Positions 52,029 to 62,520 of a DNA stretch of 64,000 bases are shown here, piece after piece. The notes under the pieces are model-generated. The model was not told the origin of the DNA, searched no databases, and saw nothing but the letters and a program-made list of their open reading frames with translations. The DNA is taken from positions 9,911 through 73,910 of the forward strand of contig CABYPB010000003.1 of NCBI GenBank assembly GCA_902520725.1. Direction: 5' to 3'. This DNA comes from an uncultured SAR86 cluster bacterium. Its GTDB lineage: Bacteria; Pseudomonadota; Gammaproteobacteria; Magnimaribacterales; D2472. Both the position numbers and the translations under genes were made by a program. Every line of letters starts with the position of its first letter. Position 1 is the first letter of the stretch.

Positions 52029-53519
52029 ATGGATAATGAAAATTTAGGTGGTGAGAAAGCCATACTTGAAGAAAGAAGAAAAAAATTAGATCAGCTTAGA
52101 GATAAGGGATCTGCTTACGGGAATTCATTTAAACCACAAAATAAAGCACAAAAACTTCATGATGAGTATGGATCATTTTCAAAAGAAGAATTAGTAGAGA
52201 AAGATATTAAAAATATCTCTATTGCTGGACGGATTATTCTAAAGCGTGTAATGGGGAAAGCTAGCTTTGCTACCTTAAGAGATTCATCGGGAGACATTCA
52301 AATTTATGTAACCAAAAATAATGTAGATGAAGATGTTTATGAAGACTTTAAGACATGGGATCTCGGAGATATAGTTGGCATTTCTGGAACTTTATTCAGA
52401 ACTCAAAAAGATGAATTAACTATTGATGTATGGGATCTTGAAATGATTACAAAATCTTTAAGACCTATGCCTGAAAAATTTAAAGGATTGACTGATATAG
52501 AAGCTCGATATAGACAAAGATATTTGGACTTAATGACAAATACTTCTACAAAAGAAGTATTTATAAAAAGAACAAAAATTATAGATTCTATGAGAAAAAT
52601 AATGAACGAAGTTGGCTATTTAGAAGTAGAAACTCCTATGATGCATCCTTTAGCTGGTGGCGCTGTTGCAAGACCATTTGTGACTCAGCACAATGCATTG
52701 GGCCAAGATTTGTATTTAAGAATAGCACCTGAGCTTTATTTAAAGAGATTGTTAGTTGGAGGTTTTGAAAGAGTCTTTGAAATAAACAGAAGTTTCAGAA
52801 ATGAGGGACTTTCAACTAAACACAATCCAGAGTTTACTATGATGGAATGGTATCAGGCATATGCAAGCATGCAAGATCAAATGGACTTAACTCGAGACAT
52901 TATTCTAAATGCTGCTAAAGCAATTAATTGTGAATCAACCATTAAATGGGATGATATTGAAATAAATCTAGATAATTTTACACAATCTACTTTAACCAAT
53001 TTGGTTTTAGACCATAACAAAGATTTATCAGTAGATGATTTAAATGATTCTAAAAAACTTGAAGAAGTTTTGAAGAAACATAATATAAAAATTGAAAAGA
53101 GCTGGGGATCTGGAAGAATGCTTCTTGAAATATTTGAAGAAACAGTTGAATCAAATTTAATTGATCCTACATTTGTTACAGAATATCCTGTTGAGGTATC
53201 ACCATTATCCAGACGAAATGAAGAAAAACCTGAATTTGCTGATAGGTTTGAGTTATTCATTGGAGGAAAAGAATTTGCAAATGGTTTTTGTGAATTAAAT
53301 GATCCAGATGATCAAGCTTCAAGATTTGTTGATCAAGTTGCTGCAAAAGATTCTGGTGATAAAGAAGCTATGGATTATGATCAAGATTACATCACTGCTT
53401 TAGAGCACGGCATGCCTCCAGCGGTTGGAGTAGGCATGGGAGTTGATAGATTGGTAATGCTTTTGACAAATCAGTCGTCTATAAGAGATGTATTACTATT
53501 TCCCCAATTAAAATCTTAA
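52029..53519 (+). CDS. lysS: Lysine--tRNA ligase (class II)
   Basis: RYRQRYLDL, FRNEGLSTKHNPEFTMMEWY, and GMGVDRLVMLL. Confidence 0.97.
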   Translation: MDNENLGGEKAILEERRKKLDQLRDKGSAYGNSFKPQNKAQKLHDEYGSFSKEELVEKDIKNISIAGRIILKRVMGKASFATLRDSSGDIQIYVTKNNVDEDVYEDFKTWDLGDIVGISGTLFRTQKDELTIDVWDLEMITKSLRPMPEKFKGLTDIEARYRQRYLDLMTNTSTKEVFIKRTKIIDSMRKIMNEVGYLEVETPMMHPLAGGAVARPFVTQHNALGQDLYLRIAPELYLKRLLVGGFERVFEINRSFRNEGLSTKHNPEFTMMEWYQAYASMQDQMDLTRDIILNAAKAINCESTIKWDDIEINLDNFTQSTLTNLVLDHNKDLSVDDLNDSKKLEEVLKKHNIKIEKSWGSGRMLLEIFEETVESNLIDPTFVTEYPVEVSPLSRRNEEKPEFADRFELFIGGKEFANGFCELNDPDDQASRFVDQVAAKDSGDKEAMDYDQDYITALEHGMPPAVGVGMGVDRLVMLLTNQSSIRDVLLFPQLKS

Positions 53520-53538
53520 ATTTTAATAATAATTAGAT

Positions 53539-54000
53539 TTACCAACGAAACTTATCAAAATTCTCAGGGTTAGCCCAACCCTTAGAGTTATTCCATGTTC
53601 TCTTATTGTTATAGGTTTTAAGATTGTATGAATAGCACTTTAACTTATTGGTTTTGTCTCTAAGTTCTGTTTGAAATCCTAGTTTTAACATTATTTCATC
53701 AATTTTTTCACTCTCCTTAAAATCTGTAAATATTACAATCTTTTGACTTAATAAATTTTTGATAATCCCAATATCAGTTTCAGAGGTGTGAATGTCATCT
53801 AAGACAATATATAGATCACAATTTTGAACACTAACTTGATTAATTTTAGGAGAAATTGTTAAAGTCTTTTTATCAGATTTGTCTATTCTCTTTAAAAGTC
53901 TTGAGATATCCTTTTTTGTAAGTATTTCAATATCTTTAGGTTTTTCATCATCAAGTATATTAGATATATAACTATGAAGAATCTTATCTTTTTTTGTCAT
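53539..54000 (-). CDS. Hypothetical protein (153 aa), translationally coupled to mdh
   Basis: ATGA overlap with the mdh stop. Distinctive C-terminus TWNNSKGWANPENFDKFRW. The middle part (DLYIVLDDIH ... VIFTDF ... LGF) is vaguely Rossmann/methyltransferase-like. I cannot name a family with confidence. Confidence 0.55.
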   Translation of the reverse strand: MTKKDKILHSYISNILDDEKPKDIEILTKKDISRLLKRIDKSDKKTLTISPKINQVSVQNCDLYIVLDDIHTSETDIGIIKNLLSQKIVIFTDFKESEKIDEIMLKLGFQTELRDKTNKLKCYSYNLKTYNNKRTWNNSKGWANPENFDKFRW

Positions 54001-54995
54001 TTCATTAGATGTTTTACTGCTTCTTTTTCTTCAAGCAGTTCATCAATAGATATCTGAAATTTTGACTTTGCAAAGTCAGACAACGCTATATCTCTTTTAA
54101 TATCGACAGTACCATCTTCAAGAGTCATCAAAGGATATCCACATATAATTCCCTCCGGGACATCGTAAGAGCCATCGCTAGCTATTGCAGCGCTAAAACA
54201 GATACCAGATGGGGTCGGATTTTCACATGCTATGACTGTATCAATTGCAGCTTTTGCTGCAGATGTTGCTGATGATGCTCCTCTGGCATCGATTACTGCT
54301 TTTCCTCTTTGTTGAACTGAAGGAATAAATTCAGACTCTACCCAAGTCATATCATTAATTGCTTCGCTACCAAGGACTCCATTGATACATACATTTTCAG
54401 AGTCAGGATACATAGTCGGACTATGATTACCCCAAATTATCATATTCGTTACATCAGATATATCAGTATTGGTTTTTTTAGAAATTACAGATTTTGCTCT
54501 ATTAGAATCTAACATTGTCATCGCCATCCAAAGTTGAGAGTCATTATTAGCAGCATTTTTTCCAATAAATGCATTTGTATTAGCAGGGTTACCAACAACA
54601 AGTATTTTTGCATTAGCTTTACCGTGCTCGCCAATTGCCTTACCTTGATCTACAAAAATTCCTCCGTTGATGCTTAACAAATCTGATCTTTCTTCAATTT
54701 TTTTTCCGTTATAAACAATACCTCGTGGAATACTTCCAACTAGAAGAAACCAATCAGCATCTTTTGAGGCTTCTTCGAAGTTATCTGTGTATTTAACTTC
54801 ACCCATATTTGGAAAATAAGAATCCTCTAATTCCATAACTAGGCCCTTGAGTTTTTCAACCACTTGAGGAATTTCTACTAATGTTAAATTTACTTTTTTA
54901 TTGCCAAATGTTTTTCCGTCAACAAGTCTTGGAATTAAAGAGTATGCTATTTGACCTGCTGCACCTGTTACAACTACTTTTACTGATGAACTCAT
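53997..54995 (-). CDS. mdh: Malate dehydrogenase (LDH-like, type 2, ~330 aa)
   Basis: VVVTGAAGQIAYSL, VVGNPANTN, and IWGNHSPT. Confidence 0.93.
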   Translation of the reverse strand: MSSSVKVVVTGAAGQIAYSLIPRLVDGKTFGNKKVNLTLVEIPQVVEKLKGLVMELEDSYFPNMGEVKYTDNFEEASKDADWFLLVGSIPRGIVYNGKKIEERSDLLSINGGIFVDQGKAIGEHGKANAKILVVGNPANTNAFIGKNAANNDSQLWMAMTMLDSNRAKSVISKKTNTDISDVTNMIIWGNHSPTMYPDSENVCINGVLGSEAINDMTWVESEFIPSVQQRGKAVIDARGASSATSAAKAAIDTVIACENPTPSGICFSAAIASDGSYDVPEGIICGYPLMTLEDGTVDIKRDIALSDFAKSKFQISIDELLEEKEAVKHLMK

Positions 54996-55141
54996 ATTTT
55001 CCTTATTGAATAAATTATTGATAATTATATTCCTAAATCTAAATCTAATCCTTAATTTTCTACGATAGTAAATAACTTTCTTTTTGATTAAAATAGCTTT
55101 CTATTTTAAAGAAATATTAAATACTATTGGAGATGTAAAAA

Positions 55142-56044
55142 ATGACTATCAGATTTGATGAAAAAGTTGCTATCGTTACTGGTGCAGGTGGAGGTATTGG
55201 CAAACAGCATGCTCTTGAATTAGCAAGAAGAGGCGCAAAGGTGGTTGTTAATGATCTTGGAGGAAGTGTAGATGGAAGTGGCGCAAGTGATGCAGCAAAT
55301 GAGGTTGTTGAGCTTATCAAGTCTGAAGGTGGAGAAGCTATTTCAAATGGAGCAAGTGTTACAGACTTAGATGCAGTCAAGGAAATGGTTGATCAGACTA
55401 TGACTGAGTGGGGTAGAGTTGATATATTGGTTAACAATGCTGGTATTTTGAGAGATAAAAGCTTTCATAAGGTAACTTTAGAAGATTTTAATCTTGTGAT
55501 GGATGTGCATTTCCAAGGAAGTTTGAATTGCACACATACAGTATTTCCAATTATGAGAGATCAAGAATATGGGCGTATTATTTTTACTAGCTCATCTAGT
55601 GGTGTATTTGGTAATTTTGGACAAACCAATTATGGCTCTGCAAAGATGGCAATGATTGGATTAATGAATACCTTAAAAATAGAAGGTCAAAATAAAAATG
55701 TTTTCACCAATTCTATTACTCCTGTTGCATACACGAGAATGACAGAAGGATTAATTCCTGAAGATTTCGGTAAGAACTTACAACCAGAATATGTCACACC
55801 AGCAGTTATATATTTAGCAAGTGATGATGCTCCTAATGGAGCAATAATGGCTGCAGGAGCTGGAGTTTTTTCGAGAATATTTATTCATGAAACAATGGGA
55901 GTTTCATTAGGAATGGATAAAGACATGACTCCTGAAAATATACAAGCCAACTGGGACAAGATATCTGATATGGAAGATGCTAGAGCTCTTCAAAATGGTG
56001 GTGAGCAAACTTTAAAATTTTTTGAATTAATTAGTAAGGAATAA
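55142..56044 (+). CDS. SDR-family oxidoreductase resembling the dehydrogenase domain of multifunctional enzyme type 2 ((3R)-hydroxyacyl-CoA dehydrogenase-like)
   Basis: TGAGGGIG, NDLGGSVDGSG, NNAGILRD, and the catalytic YGSAK. GGAG SD 10 nt upstream. Confidence 0.8.
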   Translation: MTIRFDEKVAIVTGAGGGIGKQHALELARRGAKVVVNDLGGSVDGSGASDAANEVVELIKSEGGEAISNGASVTDLDAVKEMVDQTMTEWGRVDILVNNAGILRDKSFHKVTLEDFNLVMDVHFQGSLNCTHTVFPIMRDQEYGRIIFTSSSSGVFGNFGQTNYGSAKMAMIGLMNTLKIEGQNKNVFTNSITPVAYTRMTEGLIPEDFGKNLQPEYVTPAVIYLASDDAPNGAIMAAGAGVFSRIFIHETMGVSLGMDKDMTPENIQANWDKISDMEDARALQNGGEQTLKFFELISKE

Positions 56045-56047
56045 AAG

Positions 56048-56659
56048 TTGAAACTTTATTCAAGTAAGCTTGCTCCTAGTCCTTTAAAGGTGCTCATTTT
56101 TTTATCTGAGAAAGATATCAAAGATGTAGAGATCATAAACCTCAATTTAGCGGAATTAGAACATAAAAGTTCTAAATATAAATCTATTGCACCAAATTCA
56201 CGAGTACCTGCACTTCAGCTTGATGATGGAACCATTATTCTTGAAACTACTGCAATTTGCAGATATCTGGAATCTATCTATCCGGAACCAAATATGTTTG
56301 GTAATAATCCTATGGAAATTGCTTCGATTGAAATGTGGTATTCAAGAGTAACCTATGAATTGGCAACCCCGTTAGCCCATGGCTTTAGACATACTCATCC
56401 ACATATGAGCAAAATGGAAGACCAAAATCAAGACTTTGGACTTTCTCAAAGAAAGCTTGGTACAAAAGCCCTAGAGACGTTTAATGAAATTATCTCCACA
56501 AAGGAATTCATTGCAGCAGATAGATTTAGTTATGCAGACATTCAGCTAGCAGTAAATTTAAATTTTTTAGTTAGACTAAACAGACTTGAGCTAAAGGACT
56601 ACAAAAACTTAAACGACTATGTCACTCAAGTTTTTGCCAGACCTAGCTTTTCAGTTTAA
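56048..56659 (+). CDS. Glutathione S-transferase family protein
   Basis: Thioredoxin-like N-domain with SRVPALQLDDGTIILETTAICRYLE and a helical C-domain. TTG start. Confidence 0.75.
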   Translation: MKLYSSKLAPSPLKVLIFLSEKDIKDVEIINLNLAELEHKSSKYKSIAPNSRVPALQLDDGTIILETTAICRYLESIYPEPNMFGNNPMEIASIEMWYSRVTYELATPLAHGFRHTHPHMSKMEDQNQDFGLSQRKLGTKALETFNEIISTKEFIAADRFSYADIQLAVNLNFLVRLNRLELKDYKNLNDYVTQVFARPSFSV

Positions 56660-56660
56660 T

Positions 56661-57926
56661 TTATTCCCAGTTAAGAGCTCCACCAACCTGATACTCAGTC
56701 ACTCTTGTTTCAAAGAAATTTTTCTCTTTTCTTAAGTCAATTATTTCTGACATCCAAGGGAAAGGATTACTCACACCTGTAAATTCTTCATCAAGGCCTA
56801 TTTGAGTCAATCTTCTATTAGCAATAAATTTTAAATATTCTTCCATCATCGCAGCATTCATTCCCAAAACACCCCTCGGCATAGTATCTCTTGCATACTG
56901 AATCTCTAGTTCAGTTCCTTCTAAAATCATTTGTGCAGCTTCTGATTTCATTTGTTCATCCCATAAATGAGGATTCTCTATTTTGATCTGATTTATTACA
57001 TCAATGCCAAAATTAACATGCATAGATTCATCTCTTAAAATATATTGAAATTGCTCAGCAGTTCCAGTCATTTTATTTCTTCTACCCATTGACAAAATTT
57101 GAGTAAATCCACAGTAAAAGAAGATTCCTTCAAGTACACAGTAGAAAGCAATAAGATTCTTAAGTAGTTGCTTGTCCGTTTCCTCTGTACCTGTCTTAAA
57201 ATCAGGATTGGATATTTCTTGCGTATATTTAAGTCCCCATGAAGCTTTCCTAGCAACGCAAGGTATCTCTCTATACATATTAAAGATTTCTCCTTCATCC
57301 ATGCCTAATGATTCAATACAGTACTGATATGCATGAGTATGAATAGCTTCCTCTAAGCTCTGTCTTAGGATGTATTGCCTACATTCTGGATTGGTAATCA
57401 ATCTGTACAAAGCAAGAACTAAATTATTTGCAACAAGAGAATCTGCTGTTGAAAAGAAACCAAGGTTTCTTTTTACAATTGTTCTCTCATCTTCAGTTAA
57501 TCCGTCTTCTGATTTCCATAGAACAATATCATTTGTCATATTTATCTCTTGTGGCATCCAATGGTTTGCACTCCCATCCAGATATTTTTGCCAGGCCCAA
57601 TCATATTTGAAAGGTACTAGCTGATTTAAGTCTGCTTTACAATTGATCATCATTTTTTGATCAACTTGCACTCTACCATTTGCCATCATCTCATCAAGTT
57701 CCTCAATGCCAGCCGCTTCATCTAGTTCATTAACAGCTTTTCTTGCTGCTTCAGCCCTAGATCCTTCGCCAATATTAGATGACTCAGTTGATACCGCAGT
57801 TTCAGCTGGCTGAGGAGGTTCTGGTTGTTGCACTTCTGCCTTTGGAGCAGATGCTTCTGTTTTTGTTTCCGGCGCCGCTGGAGGTGCTGTGTTTTCTTCT
57901 TTTCCGTATTCATCCCAATTTAACAT
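56661..57926 (-). CDS. nrdB: Ribonucleoside-diphosphate reductase beta subunit (class Ia, Pseudomonas-type with P/A/E-rich N-terminal extension)
   Basis: Di-iron ligand blocks [19 protein letters not shown] and RDESMHVNF. The N-terminus [11 protein letters not shown] resembles P. aeruginosa NrdB as I recall it. Confidence 0.95.
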   Translation of the reverse strand: MLNWDEYGKEENTAPPAAPETKTEASAPKAEVQQPEPPQPAETAVSTESSNIGEGSRAEAARKAVNELDEAAGIEELDEMMANGRVQVDQKMMINCKADLNQLVPFKYDWAWQKYLDGSANHWMPQEINMTNDIVLWKSEDGLTEDERTIVKRNLGFFSTADSLVANNLVLALYRLITNPECRQYILRQSLEEAIHTHAYQYCIESLGMDEGEIFNMYREIPCVARKASWGLKYTQEISNPDFKTGTEETDKQLLKNLIAFYCVLEGIFFYCGFTQILSMGRRNKMTGTAEQFQYILRDESMHVNFGIDVINQIKIENPHLWDEQMKSEAAQMILEGTELEIQYARDTMPRGVLGMNAAMMEEYLKFIANRRLTQIGLDEEFTGVSNPFPWMSEIIDLRKEKNFFETRVTEYQVGGALNWE

Positions 57927-57945
57927 ATTAATTTCTCCTTAAAAT

Positions 57946-60816
57946 TTATTGACATGCTTCGCAATCTGGATCATCCAGAGAGCATGCTTCTGGAATTGGA
58001 GCTGGTGCGCCTAATTCCTGTGTAGCAGTTTCTTTTGTATCTGTACTCACAGCGTTAAGTTTTCCCTGTTGTACCGTTGATTTTTCTGTTGATGTTGCGG
58101 CTATTGACCTTAGGTAATAGGTTGTTTTTAAACCTGAATACCAAGCCATCCTATATGTAATATCTAATTTTTTGCCGTCAGCATTTCCTATATATAAATT
58201 GAGAGATTGACCCTGATCAATCCATTTCTGTCTTCTGCTTGCAGATTCAACAATATATCTTGGCTCAACTTCAAAAGCAGTTGAAAATAGTTTTTTTATA
58301 TCTTCAGGAATTCTTGATATTTCTGTCAAACTTCCTTCAAAGTATTTAAGATCATTTATCATTACATCGTCCCACAAATTTAAATCTTTTAATTTTCTTA
58401 CTAGATGAGGATTAACGATTGTAAATTCACCAGACAAGTTAGATTTAACGTATAGATTTTGATAAGTTGGCTCAATTGATTGAGTTACACCTGTAATGTT
58501 TGATATTGTTGCAGTTGGTGCTATTGCCATCACATTTGAGTTTCTCATTCCATCCTTCACAACTTTTTTTCTTAAAGTGTCCCAATCCAATGTTTCTGAC
58601 CTATCTACATTCAAATACTCTTTTCCTCTGTTTTCTTCAAGTATCTTAATTGAATCTATTGGTAGTATTCCTTTACTCCATAGTGACCCATCAAATGATT
58701 CGTACGCTCCTCTTTCTTTTGCTAATTCAGTTGATGCAAGGATTGCGTTATAGCTTATTAGCTCCATACTAGTGTCTGCAAATCTGACTGCCTCTTCACT
58801 GCAATAAGGAATATTTTGAAGATACAGGGCATCTTGAAAACCCATCAGGCCAAGCCCAATCGGCCTATGCTTAAAGTTCGAGTTCTTTGCCGTATCAACT
58901 GAGTAATAATTAATATTTATTACGTTATCAAGCATCCTAATAGCAGTTGATACTGTTTTCTTAATCTTGTCTTCATCTAATTTACCATCTTGCATGTGGT
59001 TTGCTAAATTAACTGAACCTAAATTACACACTGCAATTTCATTGTCAGCGCTTGTATTTAAAGTAATTTCAGTACATAAATTAGAGGAATGTATTACTCC
59101 TGCATGCTGTTGTGGTGATCTCAAATTACAGGAGTCTTTAAATGTTATCCATGGATGCCCAGTTTCAAATAACATTGTTAACATTTTTCTCCATAATTCT
59201 TTTGCTGGGATTGATTTAGACTGATCCATCTCTCCTTTCGCTGCCTTTTGCTCATATTCTTCATACTTTTCTTCAAATGCTTTTCCAATTAGGTCATGAA
59301 GTTCTGGCACCTCTCCTGGGGAGAAAAGAGTCCAATTTTTATCTTGTTCAACTCTTTTCATGAACAAATCAGGAACCCAGTTTGCAGTATTCATATCATG
59401 CGTTCTTCTTCTTTCATCACCGGTGTTTTTTCTAAGCTCTAAGAACTCTTCTATATCCAAGTGCCAAGTTTCAAGATATCCACACATAGCTCCCTTTCTC
59501 TTTCCACCTTGATTAACAGCAACCGCTGTATCGTTTGCAACTTTTAAGAATGGAACCACTCCCTGACTTTTTCCATTCGTTCCCTTGATGTATGAATTCA
59601 TTGCTCTAACAGGAGTCCAATCATTGCCTAATCCACCAGCCCATTTCGAGAGCAAAGCATTATCTTTCATAGCAGAAAAAATACCATCAAGATCATCAGG
59701 AATAGTTGTTAAGTAACATGAAGAAAGCTGTGGCCTTTTTGTACCAGAGTTAAATAAAGTTGGTGTAGAACTCATGTAATCAAAACTTGATAATAATTTA
59801 TAAAACTCGATTGCTTTTTCTTCTCTATTTTCTTCTTCAAGAGCAAGACCCATAGAAACTCTCATAAAGAAGACTTGGGGTAATTCATATCTCGTGTCGT
59901 CGCAGTGTATAAAGTATCTGTCGTATAGTGTTTGCAGACCCAAATATGTAAACTGGTTATCTCTTGTGTAGTCTATTGCATTAGATAATCTGTCGAGATC
60001 AAAATTTTTCAATTCTGGATTTAGAATATCCAACTCTATGCCTTTATCTATATATGCTTTAAAAGCTTTAGGATAATTTGCTTCCATTTCTTTGTACGTA
60101 GAATCTTCAGCAACACCTAGAAAATTTAACGCTTCGTTTCTGATCTGATCCATTAATATTCTGGCTGTAACGAATGAATAATTAGGCTCTTTTTCTACTT
60201 TTGTTCTTGCTGACATGACCAAACTTGTTCTCATATCAGCAATAGATACTCCGTCATATAAATTCTTAAGAGCTTCATCAAGTACCTCATTAACAGTTAC
60301 TTCTTCAAGATCTTCACATGCATCGCTTATTAATGTTGCTACCCTTTCAACATCCAATGGAACAACAGAGCCATCGCTTTTGGTTATATTAATGTTTGGA
60401 GCGTTTGAAATATCGATATCTGGTATATCTCTTTTTCTTTCTTGAGATCTTTCTGCTCTATATAGGATGTAACACTTAGCAACCTCTAATTCTTCAGATC
60501 GCATTAACTGAAGCTCAACCTGATCCTGAATTTCTTCGATATGAAGCGTGCCGCCAGAGGGCATTCTTCTTTTAAAAACTTCAACAACACTTTCTGTCAA
60601 CTTACTAACTTGTTTATGTATTCTATCACTTGCTGCAGCATTACCAGATTCAATTGCTAAAAATGCTTTTGTTATTGCAACTTTTATTTTGTCATCTTCA
60701 AAAGGTACTACTTTTCCATTTCTTTTTATTACCCTTAATTTGCCAGGGGCTGTATTTTCTATTTCTGCAATAGTTTGATTTTGTTGTTTTGTTTTTTCTT
60801 GTTGTTGTATTTCCAT
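57946..60816 (-). CDS. nrdA: Ribonucleoside-diphosphate reductase alpha subunit (class Ia, long N-terminal ATP-cone region)
   Basis: 956 aa with ATP-cone VIKRNGKVVPFEDDKI, the catalytic NLCTEI, and the C-terminal Cys pair DPDCEACQ. Confidence 0.97.
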   Translation of the reverse strand: MEIQQQEKTKQQNQTIAEIENTAPGKLRVIKRNGKVVPFEDDKIKVAITKAFLAIESGNAAASDRIHKQVSKLTESVVEVFKRRMPSGGTLHIEEIQDQVELQLMRSEELEVAKCYILYRAERSQERKRDIPDIDISNAPNINITKSDGSVVPLDVERVATLISDACEDLEEVTVNEVLDEALKNLYDGVSIADMRTSLVMSARTKVEKEPNYSFVTARILMDQIRNEALNFLGVAEDSTYKEMEANYPKAFKAYIDKGIELDILNPELKNFDLDRLSNAIDYTRDNQFTYLGLQTLYDRYFIHCDDTRYELPQVFFMRVSMGLALEEENREEKAIEFYKLLSSFDYMSSTPTLFNSGTKRPQLSSCYLTTIPDDLDGIFSAMKDNALLSKWAGGLGNDWTPVRAMNSYIKGTNGKSQGVVPFLKVANDTAVAVNQGGKRKGAMCGYLETWHLDIEEFLELRKNTGDERRRTHDMNTANWVPDLFMKRVEQDKNWTLFSPGEVPELHDLIGKAFEEKYEEYEQKAAKGEMDQSKSIPAKELWRKMLTMLFETGHPWITFKDSCNLRSPQQHAGVIHSSNLCTEITLNTSADNEIAVCNLGSVNLANHMQDGKLDEDKIKKTVSTAIRMLDNVININYYSVDTAKNSNFKHRPIGLGLMGFQDALYLQNIPYCSEEAVRFADTSMELISYNAILASTELAKERGAYESFDGSLWSKGILPIDSIKILEENRGKEYLNVDRSETLDWDTLRKKVVKDGMRNSNVMAIAPTATISNITGVTQSIEPTYQNLYVKSNLSGEFTIVNPHLVRKLKDLNLWDDVMINDLKYFEGSLTEISRIPEDIKKLFSTAFEVEPRYIVESASRRQKWIDQGQSLNLYIGNADGKKLDITYRMAWYSGLKTTYYLRSIAATSTEKSTVQQGKLNAVSTDTKETATQELGAPAPIPEACSLDDPDCEACQ

Positions 60817-60957
60817 TTTTTCCCCAATATTTCTCTTACTTGCTTGAGTCTTTTTATTATTTTCTCTTTTGGAAAAATTTAAGAGATGTCTGCAGTACCT
60901 AAAAGTTTTTTCCTAAACACTAATATACTAATTGTGGACAAAGAATCAAGCAAAAAA

Positions 60958-60973
60958 ACACAATATATTGTGA
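60958..60973. promoter_or_regulatory. NrdR box 1
   Basis: ACACAATATATTGTGA versus the recalled NrdR consensus acaCwAtATaTwGtgt. Palindromic. Confidence 0.6.
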
Positions 60974-60987
60974 CAATTTCATTTTTT

Positions 60988-61003
60988 TACACAATATAGT
61001 GTA
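60988..61003. promoter_or_regulatory. NrdR box 2
   Basis: TACACAATATAGTGTA, centred about 30 bp from box 1 (the typical tandem arrangement). It abuts the putative nrdA -10 element. Confidence 0.6.
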
Positions 61004-61030
61004 TATATGGTGTTTTTTACCTGTTGGCAA
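61002..61030 (-). promoter_or_regulatory. Putative sigma70 promoter of nrdAB (-35 TTGCCA, 17-nt spacer, -10 TATATA on minus strand)
   Basis: Reverse complement reads TTGCCAacaggtaaaaaacaccaTATATAcactatattgtgt. NrdR box 2 begins at the -10 element. This would imply a 5' UTR of about 180 nt. Confidence 0.35.
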
Positions 61031-61071
61031 TAAGTTAATAAATTGTGGATAATTACCGCTGGAGAAAGATT

Positions 61072-62520
61072 ATGAGAAATTATTTATCTATTGATCAGGG
61101 CACAACAAGCTCTCGCGCAATCATTTTTAATTCAAATTTAGAATCAGTTGTAGATTCTCAAATAGAATACGATTTATTTTATCCCGATGATGGCTGGGTT
61201 GAATTAGATCCAGCAGACGTAGTTAAGAGTGTAGAAGAAACTGTTTCAAATGTTTTGAAAACAGAAAGCAATATTAGCGCATGTGGAATAACAAACCAAA
61301 GAGAGACAACAATAGTATGGTCAAAGAAAACAGGGAATCCTATTTATCCTGGAATTGTCTGGCAAGACAGAAGAACTTACCATTTTTGCGATAAGTTAAA
61401 ACTTGAAGGACATGAAAAATTAATATCAGAAAAAACAGGTTTAGTATTAGATCCATATTTTTCAGCAACAAAAATAAAATGGATATTGGACAATGTTGAT
61501 GGTGCAAAAAGTTTAGCTGAGAAAGGAGATCTCCTTTTTGGCACAGTGGATACTTACATAATATATATGCTTTCAAAAGAAAAAAATCATTTTACAGATG
61601 TAACTAACGCTTCCAGAACGCTGCTCTTTAATATTAATACAATGGAGTGGGATGATGAATTATTGCAATTATTTGATATTCCAAAATCAATGATGCCTCA
61701 GGTTTTACCATGTGATGATAATTTCGGTACACTTTTTATAGATGGAAATGAAATAGCAATTCAAGGCGTCATTGGTGACCAACAAGCCGCACTTGTTGGA
61801 CAAGACTGTTTTAATGAAGGCGATATGAAATCAACATATGGAACGGGTTGCTTTCTAATGGTCAATACTAAAGATAAACCCATATCAATTAGTGAAGGCC
61901 TGTTGACAACAGTAGCATATAAGTTAAACGGTGAAGTTCATTATGCCATTGAAGGAAGTATTTATTCATGTGGAAATATTATTAAATGGTTAAGAGATAA
62001 AATGAAGTTTTTTGATTCTGCAAAGGAAAGTGAAAATTTTCTGAATATAGATGGCGAATCAAATAATATTCTTTTTTTACCAGCTTTTAATGGTTTAGGT
62101 GCGCCTTTTTGGAATTCGGATATCAGAGGCGGATTTTATGGAATTACTCAGGATACATCTGTGAACGATATGATCACTGCAGCCTTCTTATCAATTAGTT
62201 TTCAAACAAAGGAAATAACGACTATCCTAGAAAAATACAATATTGAAATAAGCAAACTAAAAGTAGATGGAGGAATGGTACAAAATTTTAAGTTTTGCCA
62301 GCAACTTGCTGATACGCTTCAAAAAGAACTTGTGAAACCAGAAAATGTTGAGTCAACTGCAATTGGAGCATGTAAGGTGGCCATGATTGGTTCTGGAGAA
62401 AGTTTAAAAAATATCCAAACTAAAAAACTTTCATTTAAGCCTAATAAAAATTTAGAAGATAGCTTCACAAATCGATACAATATTTGGAAAGATTACATAG
62501 AAAAGTCTCTTAGAGATTAA
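61072..62520 (+). CDS. glpK: Glycerol kinase
   Basis: MRNYLSIDQGTTSSRAIIF aligns with the E. coli GlpK N-terminus. GGAG lies 8 nt upstream of ATG 61072, so the ORF-track GTG at 61045 was rejected. Also ITNQRETT and GDQQAAL. Confidence 0.93.
   Translation: MRNYLSIDQGTTSSRAIIFNSNLESVVDSQIEYDLFYPDDGWVELDPADVVKSVEETVSNVLKTESNISACGITNQRETTIVWSKKTGNPIYPGIVWQDRRTYHFCDKLKLEGHEKLISEKTGLVLDPYFSATKIKWILDNVDGAKSLAEKGDLLFGTVDTYIIYMLSKEKNHFTDVTNASRTLLFNINTMEWDDELLQLFDIPKSMMPQVLPCDDNFGTLFIDGNEIAIQGVIGDQQAALVGQDCFNEGDMKSTYGTGCFLMVNTKDKPISISEGLLTTVAYKLNGEVHYAIEGSIYSCGNIIKWLRDKMKFFDSAKESENFLNIDGESNNILFLPAFNGLGAPFWNSDIRGGFYGITQDTSVNDMITAAFLSISFQTKEITTILEKYNIEISKLKVDGGMVQNFKFCQQLADTLQKELVKPENVESTAIGACKVAMIGSGESLKNIQTKKLSFKPNKNLEDSFTNRYNIWKDYIEKSLRD

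Noticed and set aside
57700-57926. P/A/E-rich ~100-aa N-terminal extension of NrdB as a possible novelty related to the ribosomal-protein tails
   Set aside because: The N-terminus ([11 protein letters not shown]...) and a low-complexity linker are, as I recall, normal for Pseudomonas-type class Ia NrdB. The DNA is not repetitive and shares no repeat unit with rpsP or rplS.
60916-60937. Possible third NrdR-like site (AACACTAATATACTAATTGTGG)
   Set aside because: Only the left half matches the consensus, and the palindrome is broken and too long. I treat it as a degenerate or chance match.
60887-61006. 39-codon ORF (MSAVPKSFFLNTNILIVDKESSKKTQYIVTISFFYTI) in the nrdA-glpK spacer
   Set aside because: It has no SD and it spans both NrdR boxes and the putative nrdA promoter, so it is most likely chance.
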